Shown here in pieces: positions 39,830 through 48,985 of a stretch of DNA of 64,000 nt. The DNA is from a virus: IMG/VR virus record IMGVR_UViG_3300042879_003054, one strand, 5' to 3'. The position numbers were made by a program, and so were the translations under genes. A model generated the notes under the pieces. That model was not told the origin of the DNA, made no database searches, and was given only the letters and a program-made list of their open reading frames with translations. Positions within the stretch are counted from its first letter, which is position 1; each line of letters opens with the position of its first letter.

Positions 39830-41332
39830 TCAAAACCTAAAAGTCGTCTGAATCACACCACCATAGTTATCTGAAGCATTCTTGAGTCCTTGATTGTTGG
39901 AAACATAAAACACAGCAGGAGTGATGCTAATGTTATCGCTGACTTTGTAACGATAGAAAGCTTCCCACATCAGAGCCTTCTGACTATCAGTAAGTGAAGC
40001 AGCATTACCAGGAGCACCGATGGCAAAACCAGCAGCATTTCCCTTAGCAAACACATCACTCCACTGAAGACCAGCAAACCAGGTCTGGGAGTTGGTAGCA
40101 CCAGTAGGAGTTGTCTTACCAAGAGAATTCAGGCTAACATCATTCCAACCATAAGCACCTGAGATTGAAGGTACAATACCAGACTTCTTAGGTTGCCAGT
40201 AAGCATTGATAGCATAGCTGTTGGAAGATTGACCAGAAGCAAGAGCACCAGAACCACCGTTAATAGCATTGAAGGTACGAACACGAGTGCCTTCGGTTCC
40301 ATAACGATAACCAAATGCAATACCATACTGAGGAGCACGATAACCAATCTGAGCAAGAGTGTTCAGAGCACCAGATTCATCAAATTCACCTTTGCTAGAA
40401 TCAGAACCGTTCTGGGCAACATAGTTTACACCAGCAACAAAACCACCCTTACCTTTCTTGGTAGGTTGTGCCCACTGAGCACCGAAACCAGAACCAGTTG
40501 CCTTGTTGTAGACACCTGGAGCACCAGCAACAGCAAAGAAGTCCAGAATGTCAGACTTATAAGCAGTAGGAATCCAAGACATCTCAGTGTTACGAACCAG
40601 AGCACCAGCAGTCAGAGTCACACCTTTAGCAAGTGCAGGGAACTGATAGTACAGACGGTCAAGTTGTACTTGGTTAGAAGTACTTTCTGCCTTATCCAGT
40701 TTGAACAGAGACGAGGAAGAACTAAAGGGTTGACTGGAGAAATTACCAGAACGCAGACGAGTCTTCAGCAAATCCTTACCCGTGAAGGAAGTATCGAAGT
40801 TCAGACGAACATCATAGTTGAATGCTGTGTTGCCAACGTTAGAATTATTAGCAAGACGAGCACCTTCTACACCACCAAGAACGAAGGTTGCTTCACCACG
40901 CAGTTTAGATGTAGTGGAGAACTGAGTTGCTTGAAGTTGACCAACTTGTGCTTCCAGTTTATCAACACGACCACGAATAACTAGAAGTTCTTCAGAAAAC
41001 TCTTTTGAAAGACGTTGGAGTTCATCAGTTACTTCGGTTACACGGTCAAGGCAAGCATTCAGAAGTGCTGCTGCCTCATAACGAGTCATTGCCTTACCAC
41101 CACCATAAGTTCCGTTAGGATAACCAGCAACACAACCATAACGTTCTACGAGATTGCTGAGTGCCTGATATGCCCAATCGGAAGGTTGAACATCAGAGAA
41201 TTGAGTGACGCTTGTTGCCTGCTCAGAGGAGTATTGATTGACTGCTGCAATATTAAGGTCTGCGGCATTCGCAACAGCAGGAGCAATCATACCAAGAGCA
41301 ACAGGTGCAAGCATCAGTTGTTTGATTTTCAT
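39830..41332 (-). CDS. cyanobacterial SLH-domain porin (Som/OprB type)
   Basis: signal peptide; FSDVQPSDWAYQAL SLH; TRYEAAA; FSTTSKL; C-terminal TTFRF. Confidence 0.93.
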   Translation of the reverse strand: MKIKQLMLAPVALGMIAPAVANAADLNIAAVNQYSSEQATSVTQFSDVQPSDWAYQALSNLVERYGCVAGYPNGTYGGGKAMTRYEAAALLNACLDRVTEVTDELQRLSKEFSEELLVIRGRVDKLEAQVGQLQATQFSTTSKLRGEATFVLGGVEGARLANNSNVGNTAFNYDVRLNFDTSFTGKDLLKTRLRSGNFSSQPFSSSSSLFKLDKAESTSNQVQLDRLYYQFPALAKGVTLTAGALVRNTEMSWIPTAYKSDILDFFAVAGAPGVYNKATGSGFGAQWAQPTKKGKGGFVAGVNYVAQNGSDSSKGEFDESGALNTLAQIGYRAPQYGIAFGYRYGTEGTRVRTFNAINGGSGALASGQSSNSYAINAYWQPKKSGIVPSISGAYGWNDVSLNSLGKTTPTGATNSQTWFAGLQWSDVFAKGNAAGFAIGAPGNAASLTDSQKALMWEAFYRYKVSDNISITPAVFYVSNNQGLKNASDNYGGVIQTTFRF

Positions 41333-41401
41333 AAAAATGTTTTTTGTGTACTAAACGACATTGTGAAGATTTACAACAAAGCAAATCTTCGTTATTTATG
41401 C

Positions 41402-41474
41402 GTCTTAAGCAAATCTTAAGATGACCAACATCATAAATCAACTTTGGTATTATGTCAATTAAAATTTGTTTAAG
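41402..41474 (-). promoter_or_regulatory. porin promoter with Pho-box-like repeats
   Basis: TTGACA-17-TATGAT (41430-41458); YTTAA repeats spaced 11 bp. Confidence 0.55.
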
Positions 41475-41517
41475 AGGGGGAGATTTACATTGACTCCCCC
41501 CATATTATTCTATTGTG

Positions 41518-42165
41518 TCAAACTTCTACCGTGATCAGTCGGTTAGCATATTCATGAGCATAAGATGTGCGAGCACCATGAATGCCCCAACCAATCCAAC
41601 TATACGCATAGTCCATGTAACGATTGATAGATTTTCCAGGAGTTTTCATCCTGTCAGCAATTCGTTTCCATTGAACCTCAGTCGTTAGATAACCAAGTTG
41701 CGTTTGAAAAGATGATGGATTTCCACCAAATCTCTTAGCAAAATCACCCAATCCATAATAACGATCGGCAGATGTCCATTGGATCAAACCATAACCACGA
41801 CCGCAGTGATGGTACTGAGTCCTACTACCACCTTCACAAATATTAGGCACGAACATAGATTCTTGCTTAATATTGCCCAGGATAGTAGCAAGGGCGTTTC
41901 TGTCTTTAATTCCTTGCTCTTGGAAATAATCCACAGCAAGTTTTTCATGTTCTGAACACCCTTTACAAATTAACCTTTTCTCTTTTGGTTTTTCGGGAGC
42001 AACCTCTCGGATTGCTGTCTTCTTTTCATCTACAAGATTCAATTTGGTTAGTTCTTCCAATGGCGGAGGAGGACCTTGCATCTTGTATTTGACGAATGGC
42101 AGTGATGCCGTGCTGGTTGTAACCGTTGCCAAAAGGGGCAAGGCTACTGTAAAGATTGATTGCAT
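41518..42165 (-). CDS. phage-tail-type lysozyme-like protein with signal peptide
   Basis: A.ILGNIKQES, GYGLIQWT..R, Q..YL. Confidence 0.8.
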   Translation of the reverse strand: MQSIFTVALPLLATVTTSTASLPFVKYKMQGPPPPLEELTKLNLVDEKKTAIREVAPEKPKEKRLICKGCSEHEKLAVDYFQEQGIKDRNALATILGNIKQESMFVPNICEGGSRTQYHHCGRGYGLIQWTSADRYYGLGDFAKRFGGNPSSFQTQLGYLTTEVQWKRIADRMKTPGKSINRYMDYAYSWIGWGIHGARTSYAHEYANRLITVEV

Positions 42166-42174
42166 TTAAAATAA

Positions 42175-42242
42175 TTGAACTCTACATCCGTATAGAAGGG
42201 GGGTATACCAACCCTCTCGGGAGGCACCTTCCACGGCTCTAA
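42175..42242 (-). ncRNA. candidate structured leader RNA
   Basis: GC-rich nested stems CCGUGGAAGG/CCUUCUAUACGG, UGCC/GGUA, CCC-GAGA-GGG. Confidence 0.55.
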
Positions 42243-42329
42243 TTGTCACGATCAAAAACTCATAATATTAAAACCTACTCATAATAGGAATCCTTAAGGA
42301 TTTTTTCATTATATCAGATTATTTAGATT

Positions 42330-42527
42330 TTATTCAAAATCTACAAAATAACCACTGATATATTCCAAAGATAATACTTCAAGATTTTCTTTTTGAATTA
42401 CCCAATCACGAATTTCACTATAAACACTTTCGGCATCTTTAATTCTTTTTTCATCACATAAAGAATGCATACGGTCAATATGATTATTAATCACATCATT
42501 GCACATTTTCTTGACGTGAAGTTTCAT
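42330..42527 (-). CDS. hypothetical protein
   Basis: part of ORF 42330..42596; probable start MKLHVKK. Confidence 0.6.
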   Translation of the reverse strand: MKLHVKKMCNDVINNHIDRMHSLCDEKRIKDAESVYSEIRDWVIQKENLEVLSLEYISGYFVDFE

Positions 42528-42945
42528 TGAAGTAATCCTTCCTAAAGTATCTTGAAAGTATATTCGAATTATAATACTTAGGAGTTCCATTGTCAAGAGA
42601 CTCAGTTAAGACATTGTTTAAGAACAATTGCCTTGTTTCTTCGTAGTTAGTTTTACCAACAGTTTTATGAAGTGATAAAATAGTTCTTTGAAACTTATCT
42701 TTTCCTATCTTTTTTATATCTTCTTTTAACTCAGGACAAGAACCATAATATTTTTTCCAATCTGATTCTTGTTTGACTTTTCTTTTCTTTCCTTTTGGTG
42801 TTCTAAAAGACCAAAAGTATTTCCTTCCCAAATATTTCCTTTGAGTTTCTTCGCAATTTATCAAATAAACAAATCCAAAATTCTCTTGAATATCTTCTGT
42901 CTCAAAAACTTTTCCTTGGTATAACCAAGGGTTTTCATAACTCAT
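42496..42945 (-). CDS. GIY-YIG-like domain protein
   Basis: GFVY.I......KYLGRK, ESDWKKYYGS, E, YN; TATAAATA upstream. Confidence 0.75.
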   Translation of the reverse strand: MSYENPWLYQGKVFETEDIQENFGFVYLINCEETQRKYLGRKYFWSFRTPKGKKRKVKQESDWKKYYGSCPELKEDIKKIGKDKFQRTILSLHKTVGKTNYEETRQLFLNNVLTESLDNGTPKYYNSNILSRYFRKDYFNETSRQENVQ

Positions 42946-43008
42946 CTGGGTCCCTAATAATATTCAAGTTATTTATAGATATAACTTATCTTCAACCCTA
43001 ACAGAGTG

Positions 43009-43046
43009 ATTATAGTCATAAAAAAAGCACCTGTCAAGAGGTGCTT
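43009..43046 (-). promoter_or_regulatory. consensus promoter with -35 in a terminator loop
   Basis: AAGCACCT-CTTGAC-AGGTGCTTTTTT; TTGACA-17-TATAAT. Confidence 0.75.
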
Positions 43047-43068
43047 GGTGTATTATAATAAAAGTGTT

Positions 43069-44673
43069 TTATCCTTCTATAATTTGGTTGAACCAACCTT
43101 CACTCATATTATTGATAATTACATTTGCGTTTTCAACTGTTGAAGCAAAGTTGTTTTCAAGAAGATATGATGCTACAAATTCGTATGCTTCATATGCCTC
43201 TCTATTGAGTTGCTTTTTCTCTCTAGGAGTCAGAGCACCTCTTTGTGCTCCTCTTGCTGCCTGCTTTGCTTTTACGGCAGGGTCATCAGACTTGTGAGCA
43301 TATCCACGAAGACCATAATCAGAAGAAGTTGTCTTACGAAAATCACCTCTTTGCTTTCTGGCAAGATTTTGTCTTGCTGTTGGATTTACACCTCTTCGAC
43401 CATAAGTTGGTCTGTTTTCTAATTCAGTTGCTCTATCTGCTGCCTCTCCACCACCTGTTGATTTTGCAATTCTATTACGGATTGCTGTCTCATCGTGGCC
43501 TCTCTTAGCCATTGCAGTTGCTTCATCAAGTTCAAACTCTTCATTATATGGTTTTCCTTTAACCTTTGCGATTGCAACTTCTTTGGGAACACCAGAAGCA
43601 ATCATTCTTGCGATTCTTACATCAGCAAAGTCATTATCACCATCTTGGTCCTGGTCTACTTTTTTCTTTGCTTCGTAAATTGATGAATAAGCATCTGCAA
43701 TATCTTTAATTGTTTTAGCAGAAGGCCATTCGTAAGATGATTTTTGCGTCATTGGTTTTAGTGCTCCTGTTCCTGGAGTTGGAGTTTTAGTGGGTTTTGT
43801 ATTATTTATACCAGTTGCTGGTTTTAGTGGGTATTTAGACATATCCCTTGGAGTGAATTTCTGCAAATCTGCTGCTGCACTTTTCACATCAGGAACAGCA
43901 GGAGTAGGACCAGTCGTAGGAAGATTGGTTTTTTGTGCTGCTTGAAGTGCCTTTTCTGGTGATGCACCAGATGCTCTTGCTCCTTGTGCTGCTCTTAATT
44001 CTGCAGATGTTGGTGTTCTTCTTTCAAATGAAGTATTTCCCAACTTACCGATTGCTGGTTTTGGTGCCGACGCAGCAGGAGTTGGTGAAGATGGTTTTGG
44101 TGTTCCACTTGAAGCAGAACTTCTTGCAGCATTTTGTGCGGCAACACTTGAATAACGAGACTTCTCTGCACCACTAAAAGCACCAGCAGTAAACTTACCA
44201 GTTGCTTTATCTAATTTTCCTTCAACTCCTTTTTGTTTTGCAAGGACGGTTGAAGATGCTGCTGGTCTTGGTGGAGGTGTTGAACCTGACCCTGCTGGTC
44301 TTGGTGGAGGTGTTGAACCTGAACCTGCTGCTGGTCTTGGGGTAGGTTTATTTCTCCCTTCTTCTTTATTTAATCTATCTGCCAGAGATAGTGCTTCTGG
44401 AGTTTTAGTGTAAATTGTTTTATATTTACCATCTCTCAGCACTACACCCATATCTCTTCTTTGGTTTGTTGCATCAATCGTTCTTTGTGCTTCTTTTTCT
44501 TTTCTCACTCTATCCCGCATTGCTTTCATAGAAGAAGATGAACCAGGAAAAGATTGTGGCAATCCAAGTGAATCCACAATACCCTCATCAAGTTGCTCCA
44601 CATCTTGAGAATAATAAACTTCCTCATATAAGTTTGCTAAAGCACCCAAGTCCTGCTTATTCATTTTTAGCAA
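43069..44673 (-). CDS. large low-complexity modular protein (internal-protein-like)
   Basis: Y.EVY...LDE N-module, Pro/Ala/Ser linker, DQDQDGDNDFAD, C-terminal helical module. Confidence 0.8.
   Translation of the reverse strand: MLKMNKQDLGALANLYEEVYYSQDVEQLDEGIVDSLGLPQSFPGSSSSMKAMRDRVRKEKEAQRTIDATNQRRDMGVVLRDGKYKTIYTKTPEALSLADRLNKEEGRNKPTPRPAAGSGSTPPPRPAGSGSTPPPRPAASSTVLAKQKGVEGKLDKATGKFTAGAFSGAEKSRYSSVAAQNAARSSASSGTPKPSSPTPAASAPKPAIGKLGNTSFERRTPTSAELRAAQGARASGASPEKALQAAQKTNLPTTGPTPAVPDVKSAAADLQKFTPRDMSKYPLKPATGINNTKPTKTPTPGTGALKPMTQKSSYEWPSAKTIKDIADAYSSIYEAKKKVDQDQDGDNDFADVRIARMIASGVPKEVAIAKVKGKPYNEEFELDEATAMAKRGHDETAIRNRIAKSTGGGEAADRATELENRPTYGRRGVNPTARQNLARKQRGDFRKTTSSDYGLRGYAHKSDDPAVKAKQAARGAQRGALTPREKKQLNREAYEAYEFVASYLLENNFASTVENANVIINNMSEGWFNQIIEG
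44259..44340. repeat. 33-bp tandem repeat (PPPRPAGSGST), about 2.5 copies
   Basis: ctggtcttggtggaggtgttgaacctga repeated. Confidence 0.85.
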
Positions 44674-44700
44674 TAAAAAGTATTTTTATATACTTATTTA

Positions 44701-46086
44701 TTATTTGATAAATTGCTTCCAATACTCATAGGAAGTCATTTCTTCGTTCTTAGTTGCTTGATAAGAACGAACTCTTGATTCACCATTTTTATCTGGTGCA
44801 ACCATATGAGTTTTTATTTTCTTTGATGTTGGTGCTTCTTTCTTCTCTTTCTCAAATGCTTTATGAACTTTTGCGGCATCATCATACATATGAATACTCT
44901 TAGCACCACTTTGCTTTGCTACTGCATTCGCAACATCAACTTTCTTCTTACCAATATCACCACCTTTCATCCCACCAGTATAGTGAATCTTTGACTTATC
45001 TACATCAACACCGTACTTTTTCAAATGTCCTTGAAATTCACTTGGTTTATCAAACTTAGAACGAGCAGTAATAAGATGAACATTTTGTCCTCTTGCCTGT
45101 TTTCTCTTAATGTCCTTAATTACTTTCTTATTTGGACTTGAAGTTTCCTTGAACTTCTTAGCACTTTGAAACTCACTGAAATCATATGAGTGTCCTTTTT
45201 CCAACTTATGAGTATTGAACTCTTGGTTGCTTAAACTCTTAACTCTCTTTCCAGATTCATCTTTGACGTGAACCTGAACATTTGGTTTGCCCTTCTTTCC
45301 GTGCCCAAATAGGGTCTCATCCACATCATATGCGTGAACTGTTCTTTTTGGTCTAGTTCCTCTTGCCTTCTCTTCAATATACTCTTCAAGAATTGCCGCA
45401 GTAAACTCTTCACTGATATGCTCAAACATCACTTCTGCTGCTTCATAACTTTCTGCAAAATCAGCATCAACTAAAGTTTCAATTACATAATTATAAATGT
45501 TTTCTGTTTCTTCTCTTTGTGCTGCATAATAAGCACCAAGTGCTCTCTTAATTCTTTGCTTCTTACTATCACCTTTGAAGGTTTTGCTCTTTGAATGAAC
45601 GAAATCACTAATTGTTTTACTGACATCAGCACCTACGTCAATTTTTTCATTTACATATTCCTCTTTGTAACCTTTTGCTGCAGAACTCCAATAGTCACCC
45701 CAAGATGCTTTATTTGCTTTTGCTTCTTCTGGTGATGATGGTTTAAATGTTCCACTAGTTTTACGAATAGAACCTTGTGGTTTTCTTACTTTTTTCTTAG
45801 TTCTTGCTTTTGCTGCCAAAGATTCAATTTCTTCCTTTGATGGTGGTTTATCCTGAATTTTTTTTGTTACTGGATTCCAGTGTGCTTCATTTACTTCAAC
45901 TTCTTCTTTCTTTACTGACGCAACAAAACCAGGAAGTTGTGGTCCTGCTTTCTTTGCTCTTGCTGCTCTTCTACGAGCAATTTCAGCATCTGCCTTATTT
46001 GCAAATTCTTTTTGTCCCGCAATATCTGGATGTTCTGCTGCAACACCTTCAGTATAAAAACTTTTATATGAATTTCTTAAAGACAT
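44701..46086 (-). CDS. modular protein with C-terminal HAD-like domain
   Basis: YDVDETL, ITAR, K, YDD; Glu-terminated modules; TATAAATA upstream. Confidence 0.8.
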   Translation of the reverse strand: MSLRNSYKSFYTEGVAAEHPDIAGQKEFANKADAEIARRRAARAKKAGPQLPGFVASVKKEEVEVNEAHWNPVTKKIQDKPPSKEEIESLAAKARTKKKVRKPQGSIRKTSGTFKPSSPEEAKANKASWGDYWSSAAKGYKEEYVNEKIDVGADVSKTISDFVHSKSKTFKGDSKKQRIKRALGAYYAAQREETENIYNYVIETLVDADFAESYEAAEVMFEHISEEFTAAILEEYIEEKARGTRPKRTVHAYDVDETLFGHGKKGKPNVQVHVKDESGKRVKSLSNQEFNTHKLEKGHSYDFSEFQSAKKFKETSSPNKKVIKDIKRKQARGQNVHLITARSKFDKPSEFQGHLKKYGVDVDKSKIHYTGGMKGGDIGKKKVDVANAVAKQSGAKSIHMYDDAAKVHKAFEKEKKEAPTSKKIKTHMVAPDKNGESRVRSYQATKNEEMTSYEYWKQFIK

Positions 46087-46148
46087 CTTTTTAGACTGTT
46101 TTTAGTTATTTATAAAAAAATAGGAGGGGCAATGCCCCTCCTATCAAT

Positions 46149-46241
46149 TTACTTTTTAATCATCACTATTTTAGCTTGGTGACGACGATTTTCTTTTTGT
46201 TTTTGTTCTTTAATAAGTTGAAGGACATTAATTTTTTTCAT
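46149..46241 (-). CDS. 30-aa basic peptide
   Basis: MKKINVLQLIKEQKQKENRRHQAK...; ATGA overlap. Confidence 0.5.
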   Translation of the reverse strand: MKKINVLQLIKEQKQKENRRHQAKIVMIKK

Positions 46242-46402
46242 TTGATTGTTTCCCCCGACTTCTGCATAGAAAGTTTGTTTCCATTTTCATCAACATAAAA
46301 CATAGTACCACGATAAATTTCTACTCTTGGTTCACATTTAAATGTTTGATTGGGACGGTTTGTAGTGTCATATTCAACACCACGGTATACAACTTTTGAC
46401 AT
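46238..46402 (-). CDS. DUF4278-like small protein (54 aa)
   Basis: VVYRGVEY and IYRGT motifs; AAGGAG RBS. Confidence 0.75.
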   Translation of the reverse strand: MSKVVYRGVEYDTTNRPNQTFKCEPRVEIYRGTMFYVDENGNKLSMQKSGETIK

Positions 46403-46431
46403 TAGGTTTCTCCTTAGTTTTTAGGTTAAAG

Positions 46432-46663
46432 AGCGTTCCTTCAGTCGGCTTTTGCGTCTATTTTACACGTCTTTGGTGAGATTTGTTTAATCTCCCAAAT
46501 TAAATCATTCTTTGCTTGTTTAGGAATGTCTTGTTTATGAACTCTTCCTACAATCAATTGTGCTTGTAAGCAAGATAGAATGAGTGCTTCCATAGATGAA
46601 CGTTCCGTTCCGAGTCGGCTTACTTCCGTCTACATTCGCAATTCGCAAATAGCAGATGAACGT
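46432..46663 (-). ncRNA. tandem glutamine riboswitch (glnA RNA-like) aptamers
   Basis: CGUUCAUCU...AGACGGAAGUAAGCCGACUCGGAACGGAACG and CGUUCAUCUAU...AUAGACGCAAAAGCCGACUGAAGGAACG; upstream of a YRG gene; TTGACT-18-TATAAT promoter. Confidence 0.7.
46441..46593 (-). CDS. 50-aa ORF nested within the second aptamer
   Basis: MEALILSCLQAQ...PKTCKIDAKAD*. Confidence 0.6.
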   Translation of the reverse strand: MEALILSCLQAQLIVGRVHKQDIPKQAKNDLIWEIKQISPKTCKIDAKAD

Positions 46664-46728
46664 TAGGGACTTATTATATTCCCTTGTACGTTATATAGTC
46701 AATTTTTTTTGTTATTTTTGTTACAATT

Positions 46729-47907
46729 TTAGAGTTTAAATCCACTAAAAGAATCTTTTGTAATATCCTGCTTAATGCCACCAACCACATAAGATTCTAC
46801 TTCCGTTTCCTGTGGAGCAACTTGAAGTCCCTTAGAGGAAATCCAATGTTCAGTCCAAGGAAGTGGATTATTCTTTGCAGAAATATCATAGAGTGGTTTG
46901 AGTCCAATTGCCTTCATTCTACGGTTTGCAATCCATTCAACATAACTCCAAAGAAGTTTGTCGTTTAGACCAATCATAGAACCATCTTTGAACAGATACT
47001 CTGCCCACCTCTTTTCCTCATTTACACAATTCTCAAAGGCACCTCTTACCCATTCCTCTTCTTCTTTAGCAATTTGTTGCATTTCTGAATCATCCCCTTC
47101 ACGCCACTTATTGAGGATGTTTTGAGTAATAACAAGGTGCTGATTTTCGTCTCTTGCGATGAGAGAGATAATTTTAGCGGATCCTTCCATAAGTTTGAGT
47201 TCACCAAACGCAAAACTGCAAGCGAACGAGACATAAAACCTGATACCTTCGAGAATGTTGACATTGGCAATTGCCCTATAAAGTTTTCTCTTTAATTCAA
47301 TTCTACTTTCTTTTGCATATCCAGCACCCTCTTGTGCAAAAATCCAATCATTAGATGTTCCATATTGTTGTGCAGAATTAATAAAATCATCATAAGCTCC
47401 TGTGACTGAGGATGCTCTTTCTAAAATTTTATCATTATTCAAGATGGAATCAAATACTTCAGAGGGGTCTGGATAAACATTCTTAATGATGTAAGTATAA
47501 GAACGACTATGAATCATTTCCATAAATTCCCACACAGTCATACAAGCTTCCAATTCAGGAAGAGAGCAATAAGGAATAAATGCCATTCCAGGACCACGAC
47601 CCTGAACTGAATCTAAAAGAATTTGATATTTTAAATTAGAAGTAAAGATGTGCTTTTGTTCTGGACGAAGAGTTTGATAATCAGCACGATCCTTCTGTAA
47701 AGAAACTTCTTCTGGTCTCCAGAAATATCCCAACTGTTGTTGAGTTAATTTATCAAAGACTGGATACTTATATGAATCGTACCTTTGAACTCCAAGTGGA
47801 GATCCAAAAAACATTGGTTGTTTTTTGGAGTCTACGTAAGAAGTATTAAATACTGTCATTCCCTGTATTTCTTTTTTTGAATTAACTCTAAATTTTACAA
47901 CTGTCAC
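46729..47907 (-). CDS. nrdB: ribonucleotide reductase class Ia beta subunit
   Basis: FWRPEEV, LLDSVQ, E.IHSRSY, LEGIRFY.SF, RDE..H, VAPQE. Confidence 0.97.
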   Translation of the reverse strand: MTVVKFRVNSKKEIQGMTVFNTSYVDSKKQPMFFGSPLGVQRYDSYKYPVFDKLTQQQLGYFWRPEEVSLQKDRADYQTLRPEQKHIFTSNLKYQILLDSVQGRGPGMAFIPYCSLPELEACMTVWEFMEMIHSRSYTYIIKNVYPDPSEVFDSILNNDKILERASSVTGAYDDFINSAQQYGTSNDWIFAQEGAGYAKESRIELKRKLYRAIANVNILEGIRFYVSFACSFAFGELKLMEGSAKIISLIARDENQHLVITQNILNKWREGDDSEMQQIAKEEEEWVRGAFENCVNEEKRWAEYLFKDGSMIGLNDKLLWSYVEWIANRRMKAIGLKPLYDISAKNNPLPWTEHWISSKGLQVAPQETEVESYVVGGIKQDITKDSFSGFKL

Positions 47908-48985
47908 AATCTTCTTCTCCTTTTAAACTTAAAATTTCCTCAATTAAATCATTAACACCTTTAGATGATTCTTTAATTTCATCAGTCTTATTATCATATG
48001 TATTTTGATAATAAGATGTTTTCCAACCATACTTATATGTATTAAGAAGGTCTTGTGCCATCACTGACACAGGAACTTCATTATTTTCATAATTCTCTGG
48101 ATTATAGGACCAGTTTCCAGAAATTGCTTGATCAAAGAATTTCTGCATAACTGCAACAATATTAATATACCCAATATTGTTAGGCATATCCCACAAAAGC
48201 GTATAGTTATTTTTAAGAGTTCCATACTGGGGAACAATTTGTTTAAGTGGTCCCTTTTTACTTTTTTTAACTGACAAGAATCCCCTGGGTGGTTCAATTC
48301 CATTTGTTGCATTTGACACAACGGAACTGCTCTCCGATGGCATTTGTGCGGACAATGTTGAATGTCGTAAACCATATGCCTGAATGTTGGCACGTAAAGT
48401 TTCCCAATCATGTTGATATGGAATGGAGGAAAGTTCGTCTACATCTTTCTTGTAGGTGTCAATTGGAAGAATTCCCTGTGAATATTTAGTTTTGTTAAAA
48501 TATTTACATGCCCCTTTCTCTTTAGCAATTTGGTTAGATGACTTCAAAAGAAAATATTGGAATGATTCAGAAAGACCATGAACAGCATCCCATGCCTCCT
48601 GTGAGTCATACTTATACCCAAGTTTAGCAAGATAGTGTGCAAGACCAATAAAACCTATTCCAAGAGACCTACGTGCCTTGGTTGAGATCTCTGCTGCTTC
48701 AACTGGATAGTTTTGATAATCAATCAGTTCCTCCAGTCCTCTAACTGAAAGATCACAAAGTTCTTCAAACTCTTCATCAGATTTTACTTTACCTACATTA
48801 ATTGCAGAAAGAATACACAAAGCAATTTCACCTTCAGGATCATCAATGTGTTGCAGAGGAGCAGTAGGAAGTGTAATTTCCTGACAATTATGGACCAGAA
48901 TATCATTTGCGAAGAAGTTATGTGTTCCTTCTACAGTAATATCATAGACTGGGATTTCTTCTTCAAGATATTCAATCTTTAGCAT
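47888..48985 (-). CDS. nrdA: IntC of split intein plus C-terminal half of RNR alpha subunit
   Basis: MLKIEYLEEEIPVYDITVEGTHNFFANDILVHN|CQEITLP; KTSYY; C-terminal CDSC. Confidence 0.93.
   Translation of the reverse strand: MLKIEYLEEEIPVYDITVEGTHNFFANDILVHNCQEITLPTAPLQHIDDPEGEIALCILSAINVGKVKSDEEFEELCDLSVRGLEELIDYQNYPVEAAEISTKARRSLGIGFIGLAHYLAKLGYKYDSQEAWDAVHGLSESFQYFLLKSSNQIAKEKGACKYFNKTKYSQGILPIDTYKKDVDELSSIPYQHDWETLRANIQAYGLRHSTLSAQMPSESSSVVSNATNGIEPPRGFLSVKKSKKGPLKQIVPQYGTLKNNYTLLWDMPNNIGYINIVAVMQKFFDQAISGNWSYNPENYENNEVPVSVMAQDLLNTYKYGWKTSYYQNTYDNKTDEIKESSKGVNDLIEEILSLKGEEDCDSCKI

Noticed and set aside
46710-46725. Near-NtcA box upstream of the riboswitch promoter
   Set aside because: One mismatch and about 32 nt from the -10 rather than about 22
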